Assembly: GCA_013265495.1 (NCBI GenBank)
Contig: MU058824.1
Span: 3,623,111 to 3,687,110 of the forward strand
Source of the DNA: Vicugna vicugna
Lineage: Eukaryota
Length of the DNA stretch: 64,000 nt
Reading direction: 5' to 3'
This document shows, in pieces, positions 62,428 through 64,000 of the stretch. Position 1 is the stretch's first letter, and each line of letters starts with the position of its first letter. The notes beneath the pieces were generated by a model, which did no database searches, was not told where the DNA came from, and saw only the letters and a program-made list of their open reading frames with translations. A program made the translations under genes and the position numbers.

Positions 62428-64000
62428 ATGAGGGCTACCTGCCATCAGCCCCTAGGTTTGGGTGCAGTTCCAAGACTATGACCCAAGATCACATTGTCCC
62501 TAATGTGACCTGTGCAACACAGATCTGTTACAAGACGACCATACAATAATCCATCACAATACGGAGAGGTACAGGCCTGGGGATCAGGTTCCAACCTGAG
62601 CACTGCTGCTAACTCAGTAGGTGACCTTGGGCACGTCCCTTCTGCTCTCTGGACTTCAGTTTGACCCTCTGTAAAATGACGGGGGAGGATTATGATGATG
62701 TCTTAGGGGCTCTCTTCCAGCTCTATCATTCTGTGATTCTAAATCCCTTTATAACAAACTCTAGGAGAGGAGCTTTGCTCTTGCAAATGGAGTGTAAAGT
62801 TAATCCTGCCTGTGCCGAGGCTAACTAATGTGCCTGTGTGGTTTATCCTACTTCATTAAACCCAGACTCCCCACAGAGCGATGCACAAGGCAGCCCAGGC
62901 AGGTAATACTGAAGTGTTGCTGAATTGGGTCTCCTGATGGAAAATGATTTCCCCCAACTCTTTCTTGGGTTTAGCAACACAAAACCTATAGCCCCATTTT
63001 CCACACTGTGACTTTGCCACATGTGTAGATTCAGACCCAATCATAGGTATGGCAAGTTGGATCCTGAAACCTCGTCTATGTGTGCACACCCCACTCCACC
63101 GCCACCAGCTGCAGTGATTCTTCACGTCATTTCACACGTGAAGAAACTGAAGCTCAGACAGATTAGGGGACTTGCTGGGGGAGGCACAGGGGCTGGTCTG
63201 ATGTAGGAAGCGAGGGAGGGCAGTGCAGTTGTTGAGTGAATTTTTCTCGCTAAGGGATGGGAAAAAACGGAAGGTAATTGAGAGGCTCTCAGGCAATGCC
63301 CCCAAGTGGGAAAATTTCCCCAAGGATCCTGACCTTTTGTAAAACTTCTTACTGATTCCTGAGTCCCTTTTTCCTAAGACTAAAAGAGTCCGTTTCTAAG
63401 ACATTCCAGATTGTCTCTTGAGGGCACAGTTGAACAGGAACTATCTTGAACTCCCTCAGTTTCCTTCTTTTAGTGTGAAATATAGTACCGATACTGAAAA
63501 ATACATAAAGCACATATGTATAGTTTAATGAGTAATTTAATAACATTGGGCAAAAGAGGCAAAACATAAAGAATACACTGAGTATGATCCCATTCATATG
63601 AAGTTAGAAAACTGACAGACTCTATGTTTGGGCAAAGTGGCCAAGTGCTTTGCTCACTGCTACGCAGTGGGTAGACCATGCAAGCCCTCATCTCCCTCCA
63701 CCTCACTGAGCATGGGCCCCACGGAGGACCAAGAGGCACAGAGGCACGGAATATTAGGCACTCACTCATTTTTTCATTCCTCAGGTGCTTTGCACATCTT
63801 ACTACATAGGGGCCTCAGGCCTGGGCATGGTGGGGAGTAGAACATGGAGCTATAGATCCTGCCCCCAAAGAAGCAAGAAAAGCTAGAATGAGTTGAGTCT
63901 GAAATTGGGGGAAACACCAAGAGGCTTGGAAGTGCCTGGCTGTCAGTCAGGATACACTCTCATGGCTCTACTTCACTAAAGTGCCAGATGGAGCAGGTCC

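Noticed and set aside
62340..62549. Poly-cysteine ORF
   Set aside because: Translation of the CTG repeat
63308..63327. NF-kB/EBF-like motif gggaaaatttcccc
   Set aside because: Does not fit either consensus exactly
1..64000. CRISPR arrays, rRNA or prokaryotic systems
   Set aside because: None seen; the sequence is mammalian

Overview
Mammalian DNA, very probably camelid (three tRNA-Ala-derived Vic-1-type SINEs and young L1s). The window holds the 5' end of ZCCHC7 on the minus strand: a CpG-island promoter and non-coding exon 1 near 47.1-47.3 kb, a 631-nt exon 2 at 41748-42378 (610 nt coding), and about 42 kb of a long AT-rich intron 2. Main discovery: hand translation of the non-repeat DNA between 42.4 and 56.0 kb gives a collinear, heavily decayed plus-strand fossil of a bornavirus G-L region. 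It covers the C-terminal part of the glycoprotein and most of the L polymerase, including RdRp motifs A-E, about 5.3 kb of viral-like sequence in nine pieces. It starts about 30 nt from the exon 2 splice acceptor and makes up most of intron 1. It is split by MIR, L2, old L1, LTR and SINE insertions. The ZCCHC7 promoter and exon 1 sit inside it, between RdRp motifs C and D. The protein comparisons were made by eye against Borna disease virus 1 (BoDV-1) G and L sequences recalled from memory and need tblastn/HMM confirmation; the locus may already be catalogued in other mammals. Other points: a young L1 with an open ORF2 segment and perfect TSD, two L1-mediated chimeric or transduction insertions, a polyadenylated LTR fragment, and a repeat-poor intronic block. 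Repeat subfamily names are by-eye calls with approximate boundaries.
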